A stretch of 63,203 nt of DNA, filler included, from Octopus bimaculoides (GCF_001194135.2; 4 parts of 4 records of this genome joined end to end with filler, not necessarily neighbours in it), one strand, 5' to 3'; counted from the first letter of the whole stretch, positions 1-12,158 are shown. Notes: generated by a model not told the origin, from the letters alone. Program-made: numbers and translations.

Positions 1-150
1 TCTTCAGCATTGCTCTCACCCTGCGATAACATTCTCTTCTGATCCTTTCCCTCATCACTGAGTGCTTGATATTGTCCCCTTCAGTTACCCCTAGGTATTT
101 GTAGCTCTCCGCTGGTTCTAACTCTTTTATGACATTTTGCTGGTCAAGGT
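1..150 (-). mobile_element. Non-LTR retrotransposon (R4/Dong-like) RT fragment, 5'-truncated against an (ATT)n tract
   Basis: Minus strand translates NVNLDQQNVIKELEPAESYKYLGVTEGDNIKHSVMRERIRRECYRRVRAMLK. This is the RT domain-7 YKYLG motif plus the thumb region typical of R4/Dong elements. Confidence 0.8.
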
Positions 151-158
151 TCACATTA

Positions 159-216
<58 letters not shown>
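151..216. repeat. (ATT)n microsatellite
   Basis: Perfect trinucleotide tract. It is one of many (ATT)n, (CA)n, (TA)n, (TATG)n, (TAGA)n and (GAT)n tracts in the window. Confidence 0.98.
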
Positions 217-217
<1 letters not shown>

Positions 218-858
218 AACAGCAGAAATGTCCAAAGGCTATAATATAACAGAACATCAAGCCTTCTAGTATCATATTGGCTTTACCTCTTCTCATTAAT
301 TCTGATCCAAAATGGCCCTATGATAAAGTTAGCATTCACTCCTACTCGAAAATGTACAGAAAAACAAGCACACTATAGTCGCTTTTTGAACACTCTTGAA
401 ATGGCCTGTACCCTTTTATTTTAAATTATTTTTAGCAATTGTCATACATAATAGTGTTGTCTTTCCTACAATATGTAAAAATAGGCAATATTCTTTTTCT
501 CAACAATTATCAAATGGACTACAACCCACAACCCTTTCTTCAACAATTTTCATATCGATTATATTCTTCTTATCAACAACCTGTTAATGTGTGTCACCTT
601 CTCTCTGTTAGTTAGTCCCATTGATATGAGCGTCAAAACAGGCATCATACTTTCACTTTCGATTTCGGCGAAACAGGGAAAGGCCGTCGAGTTTGCTTTA
701 AGTTTTCTGAATGTTCAGTCTAAATATACATTATAAGTTTAACTTTCCATACCTAAACTTTGTAAATTATATGTATGTGTGTGTGTGTGTAATTTGATAT
801 ACATAAATATGTATATATGTATGTATCTATGTATGTATGTATACACGCACATACATAA

Positions 859-893
<35 letters not shown>

Positions 894-1725
894 NNNNNNN
901 NNNNNNNNNNNNNNNNNNNNNNNNNNNNNNNNNNNNNNNNNNNNNNNNNNNNNNNNNNNNNNNNNNNNNNNNNNNNNNNNNNNNNNNNNNNNNNNNNNNN
1001 NNNNNNNNNNNNNNNNNNNNNNNNNNNNNNNNNNNNNNNNNNNNNNNNNNNNNNNNNNNNNTATATATAAATATATATATATATATAACTTTTATGAGAG
1101 GGTGATAGGGATTTCAAAATGAGTCAAACATTCTTTTTCAAAATTTCTTATGTACTCTGCTAAAAGAATTGAGTACATACATACATACATACATACATAC
1201 ATACAATTGTGTATGTACATTATTACCTATTAAATGATAAAGAGGAACATTTTTTCATTGAGTGAATGTCCTGAAACACAGCTTAGCGCATGTACTTATC
1301 AACTAAACTGAAAATTTAACAGTTATGGATTTTTCAGAGCTTCTCTTAAGTTTTAAAGTATTTTGCGGTCTTGCTTTTCAAGTATTGCTAAATAGTTTGT
1401 AGCATTCCTTTCAACTTCTGGGCATGTGCCAAACTAGAAATTCCTTAGGAAGAAAATCGTGGAAATGAAATACAAAACAAATGGTAAACGCGGTTCTATA
1501 AATAGCGTTCCTTCATTGTCGTAATTATTCTTCCGAAAAAAGAAATTTAATTACTTAAACGAGAGATTTTAATAATAGAAGAAACTATTCCCGGAAAATT
1601 ATTGATTTCATCTTAAGACATTAAGCATCGAATGTTACAGAGGATGCAAATGAACTGGTGGTGGGTGCTCCAGGATGGGCGCTGTCCAGGAATTGAATCT
1701 ATTTAAAACAAAATTAACACATAAG

Positions 1726-2160
1726 CGTAGGAGTGGCTGTGTGGTAAGTAGCTTGCTTACCAGCCACATGGTTCCGGGTTCAGTCCCACTGCGTGGGACC
1801 TTGGGCAAGTGTCTTCTACTATAGCCTCGGGCCGNNNNNNNNNNACCTTGGGCAAGTGTCTTCTACTATAGCCTCGGGCCGACCAAAGCCTTCTGAGTAG
1901 ATTTGCTAGACGGAAACTGAAAGAAGCCCGTCGTATATATGCATATATGTATATATGTATGTGTGTGTATATGTGTGGGTGTCTTTGTTTGTCCCCCCAA
2001 CATCGCTTGACAACCGATGCTGGTGTGTTTACGTCCCTGTAACTTAGCGGTTCAGCAAAAGAGACCGATAGAATAAGTACTGGGTTTACAAAGAATAAGA
2101 GTAAAGGCGGTGCTCCAGCATGACCACAGTCAAATGGCTGAAACAAGAAAAAGAGTAAAG
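1726..2160 (+). mobile_element. tRNA-derived SINE, family A (octopus-type)
   Basis: Head GCGTAGGAGTGGCTGTGTGGTAAG...GGTTCAGTCCC, CORE-like ACCTTGGGCAAGTGTCTT, and an internal microsatellite. The same element recurs at 28840, 30640 and 45065, with fragments at 8690, 9690, 12670, 20925, 38800, 43385 and 51490. Confidence 0.9.
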
Positions 2161-2209
2161 GCTACATTACAACGTTTGCTTTTGTCCTTTGGCTCAAATT
2201 TCTCTGAAG

Positions 2210-2297
<88 letters not shown>

Positions 2298-2299
2298 GA

Positions 2300-2445
2300 A
2301 GGTGATGGGCTAGCAGAATTGTTAGCACGCCGGACAAAATGTTTAGTATAATTTCGTCTGTCTTTACATTCTGAGTTCAAATTCCACCGAGTTCGACTCT
2401 GCCTTTTATCATTTCAACGTTTATAGAATAAGTACCAGTTGGGAG
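2300..2445 (+). mobile_element. SINE family B, partial
   Basis: GGGCTAGCAGAATTGTTAGCACGCCGG...TTCTGAGTTCAAATTCCACCGAG matches more than 12 other copies in the window. Confidence 0.85.
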
Positions 2446-2544
2446 AAATTACATACATACATGCATACATACATGCATGTATAAATACATTCATACATGC
2501 ATACATACATACATACATACATACATACATACATACTTACATGC

Positions 2545-2935
2545 GTAAGATAGAGGTCAACTGCCTTGCAGATATATGTATCTCTTTGGAAATCAAAGAA
2601 AAATAGGATATCTATGGACAACTGCTTCGAAACCTCCAGCTTCTATATCCAGACTCTGAATTCATATTCATACAAATAATAATTGGAGCACTAGGTTTTG
2701 TTAGTAAATGTTTAAAGGAGAATCTGGATCAACTGGGATTTTCAGAGAGAGAAATTGACCGACTCATACTTACAAGTGCAATCTGTGAGTGGAACAGTCA
2801 AAATATGCAAGACTTTTCTCAAGTTCCAAATGTGAATTTGCCTGTGTTAACTACATCACAAAGATGGAGCCCTGTATCTTTGTTGGAAACCGGCTCTCTC
2901 TTCACTGGAAGATTTATAATAATTAAAAGATAGAA
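2545..2935 (+). mobile_element. 3' end of R4-like non-LTR retrotransposon (restriction-like endonuclease C-terminus plus 3'UTR)
   Basis: Translates ...LQLLYPDSEFIFIQIIIGALGFVSKCLKENLDQLGF... then, after a frameshift, LQVQSVSGTVKICKTFLKFQM*. This fits the RLE C-terminal pattern IVIGALG...LQxxxxxGTxxI. It begins directly after a (CATA)n tract. Confidence 0.8.
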
Positions 2936-4415
2936 GACACACACACNNNNNNNNNNNNNNNNNNNNNNNNNNNNNNNNNNNNNNNNNNNNNNNNNNNNNN
3001 NNNNNNNNNNNNNNNNNNNNNNNNNNNNNNNNNNNNNNNNNNNNNNNNNNNNNNNNNNNNNNNNNNNNNNNNNNNNNNNNNNNNNNNNNNNNNNNNNNNN
3101 NNNNNNNNNNNNNNNNNNNNNNNNNNNNNNNNNNNNNNNNNNNNNNNNNNNNNNNNNNNNNNNNNNNNNNNNNNNNNNNNNNNNNNNNNNNNNNNNNNNN
3201 NNNNNNNNNNNNNNNNNNNNNNNNNNNNNNNNNNNNNNNNNNNNNNNNNNNNNNNNNNNNNNNNNNNNNNNNNNNNNNNNNNNNNNNNNNNNNNNNNNNN
3301 NNNNNNNNNNNNNNNNNNNNNNNNNNNNNNNNNNNNNNNNNNNNNNNNNNNNNNNNNNNNNNNNNNNNNNNNNNNNNNNNNNNNNNNNNNNNNNNNNNNN
3401 NNNNNNNNNNNNNNNNNNNNNNNNNNNNNNNNNNNNNNNNNNNNNNNNNNNNNNNNNNNNNNNNNNNNNNNNNNNNNNNNNNNNNNNNNNNNNNNNNNNN
3501 NNNNNNNNNNNNNNNNNNNNNNNNNNNNNNNNNNNNNNNNNNNNNNNNNNNNNNNNNNNNNNNNNNNNNNNNNNNNNNNNNNNTATATATATATAAAGTT
3601 CTACGCTCGTAGCCATTAACAATGTCTGTGAAGTCACGTCTGCCTTAAAGGGACCCTTCCGAACAAATTTTGATACTCCTTTAGGACATGTAAATGCTTA
3701 TGTTTCTGTAAGTGCGTGTATATGATTGTGTATGTACGCGCGCGCGTGTGTAAATGTGTGTGTATCATTGGATGTATGTCAAACGATACTTCGTAGTCTG
3801 TGGTCCTGAATTCCTTAACAAATTTCTCACATTCTTCTGCATGTAACCCAGAAAGAACTGTTCAAAGAGAATTATATGTAGTGAAACGACAGAAGAAATC
3901 AACATTGAAAGAATATCTGTCTGTCTGTCTGTCTGTCTGTCTATTTATCTATCTTTGTCTGTTTGTCTGTTTGTCTATCTATAAATCAATCGATCTATCT
4001 ATCTCTCTCCATAATGATATATAAAACACACATGCACACACTCACACACACGCACGCTCACACACACACACACATACACACACACACGGACACATATTCA
4101 TAAGTATGCATATGCATATGCATATGCATGTACGATAGACTCGGCTATGTCAAGATGGACTTATGTATTCTTCCTCACATTTGGATTTTTATGTATTCTC
4201 TCTCCCACTTGGATTTGAAATGTTGCCACATTTATAATATGTCTTTTTTACAGTAATTTTCTGCATTTTCGTGCAGCTGAAGATTGCTCTTCATATTGCA
4301 TTTAATGTAATGCTCGCATTACTTAAATAAATTGGAGTAGCATGAAACGTGCGTACTGCAATCACCTTTGAAATCCGTGTTGCTTATTTTTTGATATATA
4401 TATATATATATATAA

Positions 4416-4477
<62 letters not shown>

Positions 4478-4652
4478 GTATAAATATATATCTCTTTGGT
4501 TTTAAACCATTTGAAATTATCGTCTGAGAAAGGATTTAGTTTCTATGAAAACCCAGAGCTCCTTCGTTGGAGTGTTCATAACAAAATCAATATCGCATGT
4601 TGAAAGTTGGAAAAACCTTCCATATTTGTAGTGTTCCCCTTATTGTTTGTAC

Positions 4653-4912
4653 CTGTAATGTGCAAAATGACGGCTTGATTTTTATTCCCGATAAAACTAG
4701 ATTTTTCCATATTGTCACATCGGCATTTTCTCACAAAACCATGTGCAGTAATTACAATTGTTGTGGCAATTACAATTATAATTATGACATTTATTATTGG
4801 TTTTATATGTGAATTTAAATTCCCGGTAGAGAAGTCAATGGTTTCGAAGGAGTTGCTCGTGGTTATCTTCTTCCTCTTTGACTTTCGAAAAGGTATTCGT
4901 ATTTTTTCTCCT
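4653..4912 (-). CDS. Weak candidate internal exon encoding a hydrophobic (TM-like) segment followed by RKCRC
   Basis: Open frame ...HIKPIINVIIIIVIATTIVITAHGFVRKCRCDNMEK..., with possible acceptor ctttctgtctag| and donor acag|gtacaa. The sequence is low-complexity and the opposite strand is also open and hydrophobic. Confidence 0.25.
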
Positions 4913-4924
4913 CTAGACAGAAAG

Positions 4925-5335
4925 CCCGGGGTCTTATTGGGGGTGGAGGGATCGATTAGACCGACCCCAGTGTGCAACTTGGACTTAATTTATCGAGCCC
5001 GAAATGATGAATGGCAAAGCCAACCTCGGCGGAATTTGAACTCAGAACGTAGAGACAGACGAAATACCGCTAAGCATTTCGCCCGGTGTGCTAACGATTC
5101 TTATTTCTTTACTGCCCACAAGGGGCTGCACATTGAGGGGACGAACAAGGACAGACAAACGGATTAAGTCGATTATACCGACCCCTGTGCGTAACTGGTA
5201 CTTAATTTATCGACCCCGAAAGGATGAAAGGCAAAGTCGACCCCGGCGGAATTTGAACTCAGAACGTATCGGCAGACGAAATACCGCTAAGCATTTCGCC
5301 CGGATTGCTAACGTTTCTGCCAGCTCACCGCCTCG
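4925..5335 (-). mobile_element. SINE family B, dimeric/composite copy
   Basis: Two tandem units of ...GGCAAAGTCGACC(C/T)CGGCGGAATTTGAACTCAGAACGT... Confidence 0.9.
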
Positions 5336-5430
5336 AAGAGGTATTCATATTAGTATGTTTCTATGCGTACAACAATGTATGTATGTATGTATGTATGTGT
5401 TTGTGTGTGTATGTATGTATGTATGTATGT

Positions 5431-5540
5431 CATTATTCAGCTTTATTTCAAGATTTCTTACGAATAAAGAAAGAGCCGGTTTCTAATCTAGATCCAAGGC
5501 TCCTTCGTTGGGATTTTAACAATATCAACAGGGATTTTTG
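5431..5540 (-). mobile_element. Short 3'UTR-only copy of the R4-like element embedded in (TATG)n
   Basis: The reverse complement aligns with 20361-20470 and more loosely with 2835-2935 (GGAGCC...GAAACCGGCTCT). Flanked on both sides by (TATG)n. Confidence 0.7.
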
Positions 5541-6094
5541 TATGTATGTATGTATGTATGTATGTTTTGCTTTATGTATGTTTTCCTATGCCACTTACAT
5601 TATAATTCTATGTGCAGGTAGATTCTTCAGATCTGAAGAATCTATTAGAGTAGATGCAAGCGCTAATATATGATTTATAAAAACATGTGACATGTTAATA
5701 AAAATCTATAAATGTACAACCATTCGGATCTCTGAGTACCTTATTATTTTTTATCATATATAATACCTGTACATCACCTCCAAGCCTTNNNNNNNNNNNN
5801 NNNNNNNNNNNNNNNNNNNNNNNNNNNNNNNNNNNNNNNNNNNNNNNNNNNNNNNNNNNNNNNNNNNNNNNNNATACAAATATATATATACATATATATA
5901 TATAGACATATATATATATACATGTGTATATGTACTTGTATATGCGAGTGTGCGTGTAGATGTACATTGCATATGTGCAGATGCAGGGTGCATGTGCATG
6001 TACAGGTGGGTGTATATAAGAGAATGCGTTAATGTATGTAAGCGTTCATGTGTATATGCATATGTATACGGCTAATTGTGTGCGTGTGTGTGTA

Positions 6095-6126
<32 letters not shown>

Positions 6127-6240
6127 TGTGTGTGTGTGTTTGCGTGCGTGCGTGCTTGCACGCGCTTGTGTGTATACAGTTGTAGAAAATATCTGGCTGT
6201 TGTAAAAAGAAAAAGAAAATGACCGAAAGCGTGAGATGAG

Positions 6241-6420
6241 GTAACCATGACAACATAACAATGTTAACCAATGACGAAAAAGCTTGCAACAAACAAACCA
6301 TAGAAACATAAAAATAAAAATATAAATAAAAACGAGGAAATCTCTTGTCACTGCTAGCGATATCAGCGCCAGATGACACAAGCACAGTGCTGTAACCTTG
6401 ACAACCGTTTCTATGACAAT
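6241..6420. promoter_or_regulatory. Cluster of three RFX X-box motifs
   Basis: GTAACCATGACAAC (6241-6254) and GTAACCTTGACAAC (6392-6405) fit RTHNYYWTRRNRAC. GTTTCTATGACAAT (6407-6420) has one mismatch. A GTAAGT donor follows at 6441-6446. Confidence 0.6.
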
Positions 6421-7469
6421 AGATTGAAGACGAAGATACAGTAAGTGAAACNNNNNNNNNNNNNNNNNNNNNNNNNNNNNNNNNNNNNNNNNNNNNNNNN
6501 NNNNNNNNNNNNNNNNNNNNNNNNNNNNNNNNNNNNNNNNNNNNNNNNNNNNNNNNNNNNNNNNNNNNNNNNNNNNNNNNNNNNNNNNNNNNNNNNNNNN
6601 NNNNNNNNNNNNNNNNNNNNNNNNNNNNNNNNNNNNNNNNNNNNNNNNNNNNNNNNNNNNNNNNNNNNNNNNNNNNNNNNNNNNNNNNNNNNNNNNNNNN
6701 NNNNNNNNNNNNNNNNNNNNNNNNNNNNNNNNNNNNNNNNNNNNNNNNNNNNNNNNNNNNNNNNNNNNNNNNNNNNNNNNNNNNNNNNNNNNNNNNNNNN
6801 NNNNNNNNNNNNNNNNNNNNNNNNNNNNNNNNNNNNNNNNNNNNNNNNNNNNNNNNNNNNNNNNNNNNNNNNNNNNNNNNNNNNNNNNNNNNNNNNNNNN
6901 NNNNNNNNNNNNNNNNNNNNNNNNNNNNNNNNNNNNNNNNNNNNNNNNNNNNNNNNNNNNNNNNNNNNNNNNNNNNNNNNNNNNNNNNNNNNNNNNNNNN
7001 NNNNNNNNNNNNNNNNNNNNNNNNNNNNNNNNNNNNNNNNNNNNNNNNNNNNNNNNNNNNNNNNNNNNNNNNNNNNNNNNNNNNNNNNNNNNNNNNNNNN
7101 NNNNNNNNNNNNNNNNNNNNNNNNNNNNNNNNNNNNNNNNNNNNNNNNNNNNNNNNNNNNNNNNNNNNNNNNNNNNNNNNNNNNNNNNNNNNNNNNNNNN
7201 NNNNNNNNNNNNNNNNNNNNNNNNNNNNNNNNNNNNNNNNNNNNNNNNNNNNNNNNNNNNNNNNNNNNNNNNNNNNNNNNNNNNNNNNNNNNNNNNNNNN
7301 NNNNNNNNNNNNNNNNNNNNNNNNNNNNNNNNNNNNNNNNNNNNNNNNNNNNNNNNNNNNNNNNNNNNNNNNNNNNNNNNNNNNNNNNNNNNNNNNNNNN
7401 NNNNNTTATAGTCAGGTATTTTAATAATCTGTTATGGTCGTTAATTGTGTTTTTTCGTAACTTGTTCTG

Positions 7470-7561
7470 ATGGAAGCCATTCCTGAGGAAGTGCCAAACG
7501 TCAGACATCCAACGGATCAGTCGCTGGATAGAGTTGGGCACAGAAATGTTGACATCGAATG
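7470..7561 (+). CDS. Candidate first coding exon (MEAIPEEVPNVRHPTDQSLDRVGHRNVDIE...) of an unidentified gene
   Basis: Possible acceptor ttatag| at 7411, ATG at 7470 with an in-frame TAA just upstream, 30 open codons, then tg|gtaaag. The opposite strand is also open here, so the strand is not certain. Confidence 0.35.
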
Positions 7562-8284
7562 GTAAAGAATTAAATAAATGGAATATAGATCGGTCGTGTT
7601 GTGAGTCTCTACATTTTTAAACATACAAATTTGAAACCTTGGAAATATAAACAATGAGAACGACCCTTAAGGAATCTAATCAATGATCCTTTGGGGTGAA
7701 GTCTTATGCTATATTGGTAGCGATTACGAAATTTACTGGAAAAAATATATATATATATATATAACCGAGCGAGCTTCTTTTACTTTCCATTTACCAAATC
7801 CGCTCTACACACACACATATGCACACACAAATCTAAAATTAAAATATGTGAGAAACTGTATAAGACTAACGTAACAAGACTGGATAATCTTGTATAATGT
7901 ATTATTGCTTCTTCTTTCATTTGATATTTTTATAGAATTTAAAAGATATCTGAAATTATAATCAAGTTATATTTCAGAATATCGGTTATTTTAATATAAG
8001 CGGATATCTTTAATCTTTTATCTTTTAGTTTCTATTTGTTCAAGTCACTGAACTGCGTCCATGCTGGGGCACACATTAAAGGGTTTTGTCCAATGATTCT
8101 CAACCATTTTGTTACCTGTAGACCCATGTGATTCCTATTTCTCTAGGATGGACTGTTGTAGACACTTGATGATTTTAAAAATCGATTATACATTTATAAT
8201 TAAATACTGGTGATCGTATGAAAAAATCGTCAAAGTATTTTGTGTATTATGAAACTGTCGCCAATTTATTGCACATAAGAAATG

Positions 8285-8590
8285 AAGACCCCCTTCGGTG
8301 ATGAATGACCATGGGATTGCCCATAGAAAGTTACCCTCCGACTCACAAGTCCGACCATCGATACCAAGTCCGACCATGGATACCATCAGTCGCCGATGGA
8401 TACCAGTCTCCTCTCTCCATATCACCTATCTTAACCAAGGGAAAGGCAAAGGCTGATACAACTTGGCATCAGTGACGTCACAACTCATTTCCACAGCTGA
8501 GAGAACAGAATCAACGTGAAACAAATTGTCTTGCTTCAAAACACAACACATCGTGTGGTTCTGGAATCGAACTTACTACCTCATGAACGT
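8285..8590 (-). mobile_element. CORE-type tRNA SINE (family E) with a distinct 3' tail
   Basis: Minus strand has B-box GTTCGATTCC followed by TGTGTTTTGAAGCAAGACA...CTCAGCTG...AAATGAGT, a CORE-like block shared with family D. Confidence 0.65.
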
Positions 8591-9099
8591 AAACACACCA
8601 ACACCGATTATCGAGAGATGGAAAGGGATACAAACACACACACACAAAACAACTCATAATGGGTTGGGCAGCCGGTGGCTATGGCATAAGACGTTTGCTG
8701 AAGGTTCCATGCAGTATGACTGAACCCGGAACCATATGGTTGGGAAGCAAGCTTCTTACCACACAGCCATGTCTATTAATTTTTAGCGGGAAACGGTTGA
8801 CAGAGGCTTCGTAGTATCATATTAGTAACACTAAAAATTTTCGAAACATATCTACAAAAAAAATATTGCGTGACCTTTCAATTTAATGTTAAATTATTTT
8901 TATACGTAATTTAACATAAAAACAAAACGGTAATACAACCACACGCGTGTGAGCGCATTCATTATGTTTCGCTCTCTCTGTCTCTCCATCTCTCTCTCTC
9001 TTTCTTTCTTTCACTGTTGCCCTTTCTCTAAATATCCTTTCTCTAAATATCCTTTCTCTAAATATCATTTTGTTCCGTCCTTGTTTCCACCTGTCTTAC

Positions 9100-9415
9100 C
9101 TGCATACTTCGTTCTGTCAATTCTGCTGTTTCCCTCCGATCTGTACCTCCTGTCAGTTCGTGCTCTGCAGCCATTGATCAATATAGCTTCTAGTTTGTCC
9201 ATGTGCGTTTGAACGATGTAGAATGTTGTTGTTAATTCTTTGATTTGGATTTCAATTTGTCTTTCCGTTCTATGAAAGGACTGCAATATTAATTTGTCAG
9301 CCATTCTGCAGTAAATGTTACATGTTTCACTATCGTTGCGATGAGTATACGATCCATTAATCAGGGCACCAATTTCATCTTGTGTCCAGTGACGTTTTAG
9401 AATGTTGCTGGCCAT
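9100..9415 (-). CDS. Coding exon for a Myb/SANT-like (trihelix/MADF-type) DNA-binding domain protein
   Basis: Acceptor ctctcttacag| (exon starts 9465), strong Kozak aacATGg at 9415, 105 open codons and donor gcag|gtaaga at 9100/9099. The peptide KRHWTQDEIGALING...IYCRMADKLILQSFHRTERQIEIQIKEL matches the family pattern W(T/S)xxExxxLI...Y/W..(I/M)AxxL....RTxxQ...K/IxxL. Confidence 0.7.
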
Positions 9416-9996
9416 GTTCAGTAGAGGAACGATATTAAATGATTTGATGTATAATCCTGTTTGTGCTGTAAGAGAGTTTATCGTTGATATATGCAAAAAT
9501 AAAATAAATTAGCATGATAGTGGGTGGATGTGAATTCAATGTATTTAAATATGTTTTTGAAAATTATTTGATGCAATTTTATGAAGTATAAAAAAAGATT
9601 TCTTTAAAACGTTATTTTTTTAAAAACGTAGTAAATTCTTTATCAGTAAGTCATTAACCTTTTTGGAGGAAGTTTCTTTCGAATGTGTGTGAGCGATGTA
9701 TACGACGGGCTTCCACACTGTTTCCGTCTACTAAATATTCACACTCAAACAATTTGGTCAGTCCGGAGATGTAGTAGCAGAAACCGGCCCGGTATGCCGA
9801 GTTGTGTAACAGAACTCGAAACCACGGTATAATGATCTAATATTATTGTTATTATGTTTCTTTTAAAAAATAGAGAAGAATAAAAAAAACATTAAATTAA
9901 AATAAAACAAAAGTCATTATTATAAAAGTAAAATAATTCTTTTTTTAAATCAAGAGAAATAAAAATAATTTTTTTTTAAATAAAAAATAAAAGAAA

Positions 9997-10029
<33 letters not shown>

Positions 10030-10034
<5 letters not shown>

Positions 10035-10260
10035 TTGCTTTTTCAGAGAATCGGCGAGCTGGCAGAATCGTTAGCGCGCCGGGCGAAATGCTTAGCAGTA
10101 TTTCGTCTGCCGTTACGTTCTGAGTTCAAATTCCGCCGAGGTCGACTTTGCCTTTCATCCTTTTGGAGTTAACAGATTGAGTACCAGTGAAACACTGGAG
10201 TTGATGTAATCGACTTGTCCCCTCCCCTCTAATTTGAGGCCTTGTGTCTCCAGTAGAAAT
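10030..10260 (+). mobile_element. SINE family B
   Basis: GGCGAGCTGGCAGAATCGTTAGC...; lies directly after an (ATT)n tract. Confidence 0.9.
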
Positions 10261-10744
10261 GATTATTATGTTTTTCACTGCTAAACAGCATACCTTGGAG
10301 TACCACTTCTCCTCACAATTTTATACCGTGAACAATGGGTTTCAGAACCACACCCGTCCTTAATGTAGCAAAAGGGATACTAACAACATTCGTACAAGAT
10401 TTTAGCCCATAACCTCATTGCTTGAAGATATCATACGCCTGATAGATATGTCGGTAGAAAAGGTAGAATGTCGATGGCTAAATACTAGTCGGAGGACCCA
10501 GTAGGAAGAGATTCACGACAGTGAAGCGCTGTGAAGTAAAGACATCCAAAAGAAGGCCCTGAAACAGTGTGCATTCTCTTTGGTGTCTCCTGTAACCCAC
10601 TGGTGCCGGGTATGCAGAATTTTGGATTGGTAGCACAAGTCTCAGACGAATTAGGACAACGACAGTATTGACTGATACTTTATCTTATCGACCATAGGCG
10701 AGTAAAAGCTAGTGTTAACCTTGATAGAATTGAACTCACAATGT

Positions 10745-11022
10745 TGTTGGCACTCCGTCGCTTACGACGTCGAGGGTTCCAGTTGATCCGATCAACGAAA
10801 CAGCCTGCTCGTGAAATTAACGTGCAAGTGGCTGAGCACTCCACAGACACGTGTACCCTTAACGTAGTTCTTGGGGATATTTAGCGTGACACAGAGTGTG
10901 ACAAGGCTGACCCCTTTGATATACAGGCACAACAGAAACAGGAAGTAAGAGTGAGCGAAAGTTCTGATGAAGGAGTACAGCAGGGTTCGCCACCATCCCC
11001 TGCCGGAGCCTCGTGGAGCTTT
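10745..11022 (-). mobile_element. SINE family C (tRNA-Arg-like head family), 3' part running into a gap
   Basis: Nearly identical to 37429-37815 (TGTTGTTGGCACTCCGTCGCTTACGACGTCGAGGGTTCC...). Confidence 0.9.
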
Positions 11023-12126
11023 TNNNNNNNNNNNNNNNNNNNNNNNNNNNNNNNNNNNNNNNNNNNNNNNNNNNNNNNNNNNNNNNNNNNNNNNNNNNNN
11101 NNNNNNNNNNNNNNNNNNNNNNNNNNNNNNNNNNNNNNNNNNNNNNNNNNNNNNNNNNNNNNNNNNNNNNNNNNNNNNNNNNNNNNNNNNNNNNNNNNNN
11201 NNNNNNNNNNNNNNNNNNNNNNNNNNNNNNNNNNNNNNNNNNNNNNNNNNNNNNNNNNNNNNNNNNNNNNNNNNNNNNNNNNNNNNNNNNNNNNNNNNNN
11301 NNNNNNNNNNNNNNNNNNNNNNNNNNNNNNNNNNNNNNNNNNNNNNNNNNNNNNNNNNNNNNNNNNNNNNNNNNNNNNNNNNNNNNNNNNNNNNNNNNNN
11401 NNNNNNNNNNNNNNNNNNNNNNNNNNNNNNNNNNNNNNNNNNNNNNNNNNNNNNNNNNNNNNNNNNNNNNNNNNNNNNNNNNNNNNNNNNNNNNNNNNNN
11501 NNNNNNNNNNNNNNNNNNNNNNNNNNNNNNNNNNNNNNNNNNNNNNNNNNNNNNNNNNNNNNNNNNNNNNNNNNNNNNNNNNNNNNNNNNNNNNNNNNNN
11601 NNNNNNNNNNNNNNNNNNNNNNNNNNNNNNNNNNNNNNNNNNNNNNNNNNNNNNNNNNNNNNNNNNNNNNNNNNNNNNNNNNNNNNNNNNNNNNNNNNNN
11701 NNNNNNNNNNNNNNNNNNNNNNNNNNNNNNNNNNNNNNNNNNNNNNNNNNNNNNNNNNNNNNNNNNNNNNNNNNNNNNNNNNNNNNNNNNNNNNNNNNNN
11801 NNNNNNNNNNNNNNNNNNNNNNNNNNNNNNNNNNNNNNNNNNNNNNNNNNNNNNNNNNNNNNNNNNNNNNNNNNNNNNNNNNNNNNNNNNNNNNNNNNNN
11901 NNNNNNNNNNNNNNNNNNNNNNNNNNNNNNNNNNNNNNNNNNNNNNNNNNNNNNNNNNNNNNNNNNNNNNNNNNNNNNNNNNNNNNNNNNNNNNNNNNNN
12001 NNNNNNNNNNNNNNCACCACAACTACCACTAACATCTTCACCGCCGTTAATACCAACATCACAATCACCACTACTGCCACCACCACCATCACGATTTCCT
12101 ACCTAATATTCCATCACTTCGCCTTT

Positions 12127-12158
<32 letters not shown>

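Noticed and set aside
1798-1881. Tandem duplication inside a SINE around a 10-N gap
   Set aside because: Identical sequence on both sides of a tiny gap indicates an unmerged contig overlap (assembly artefact).
4712-5486. 151-aa and 132-aa plus-strand ORFs
   Set aside because: They run through antisense SINE copies and microsatellites.
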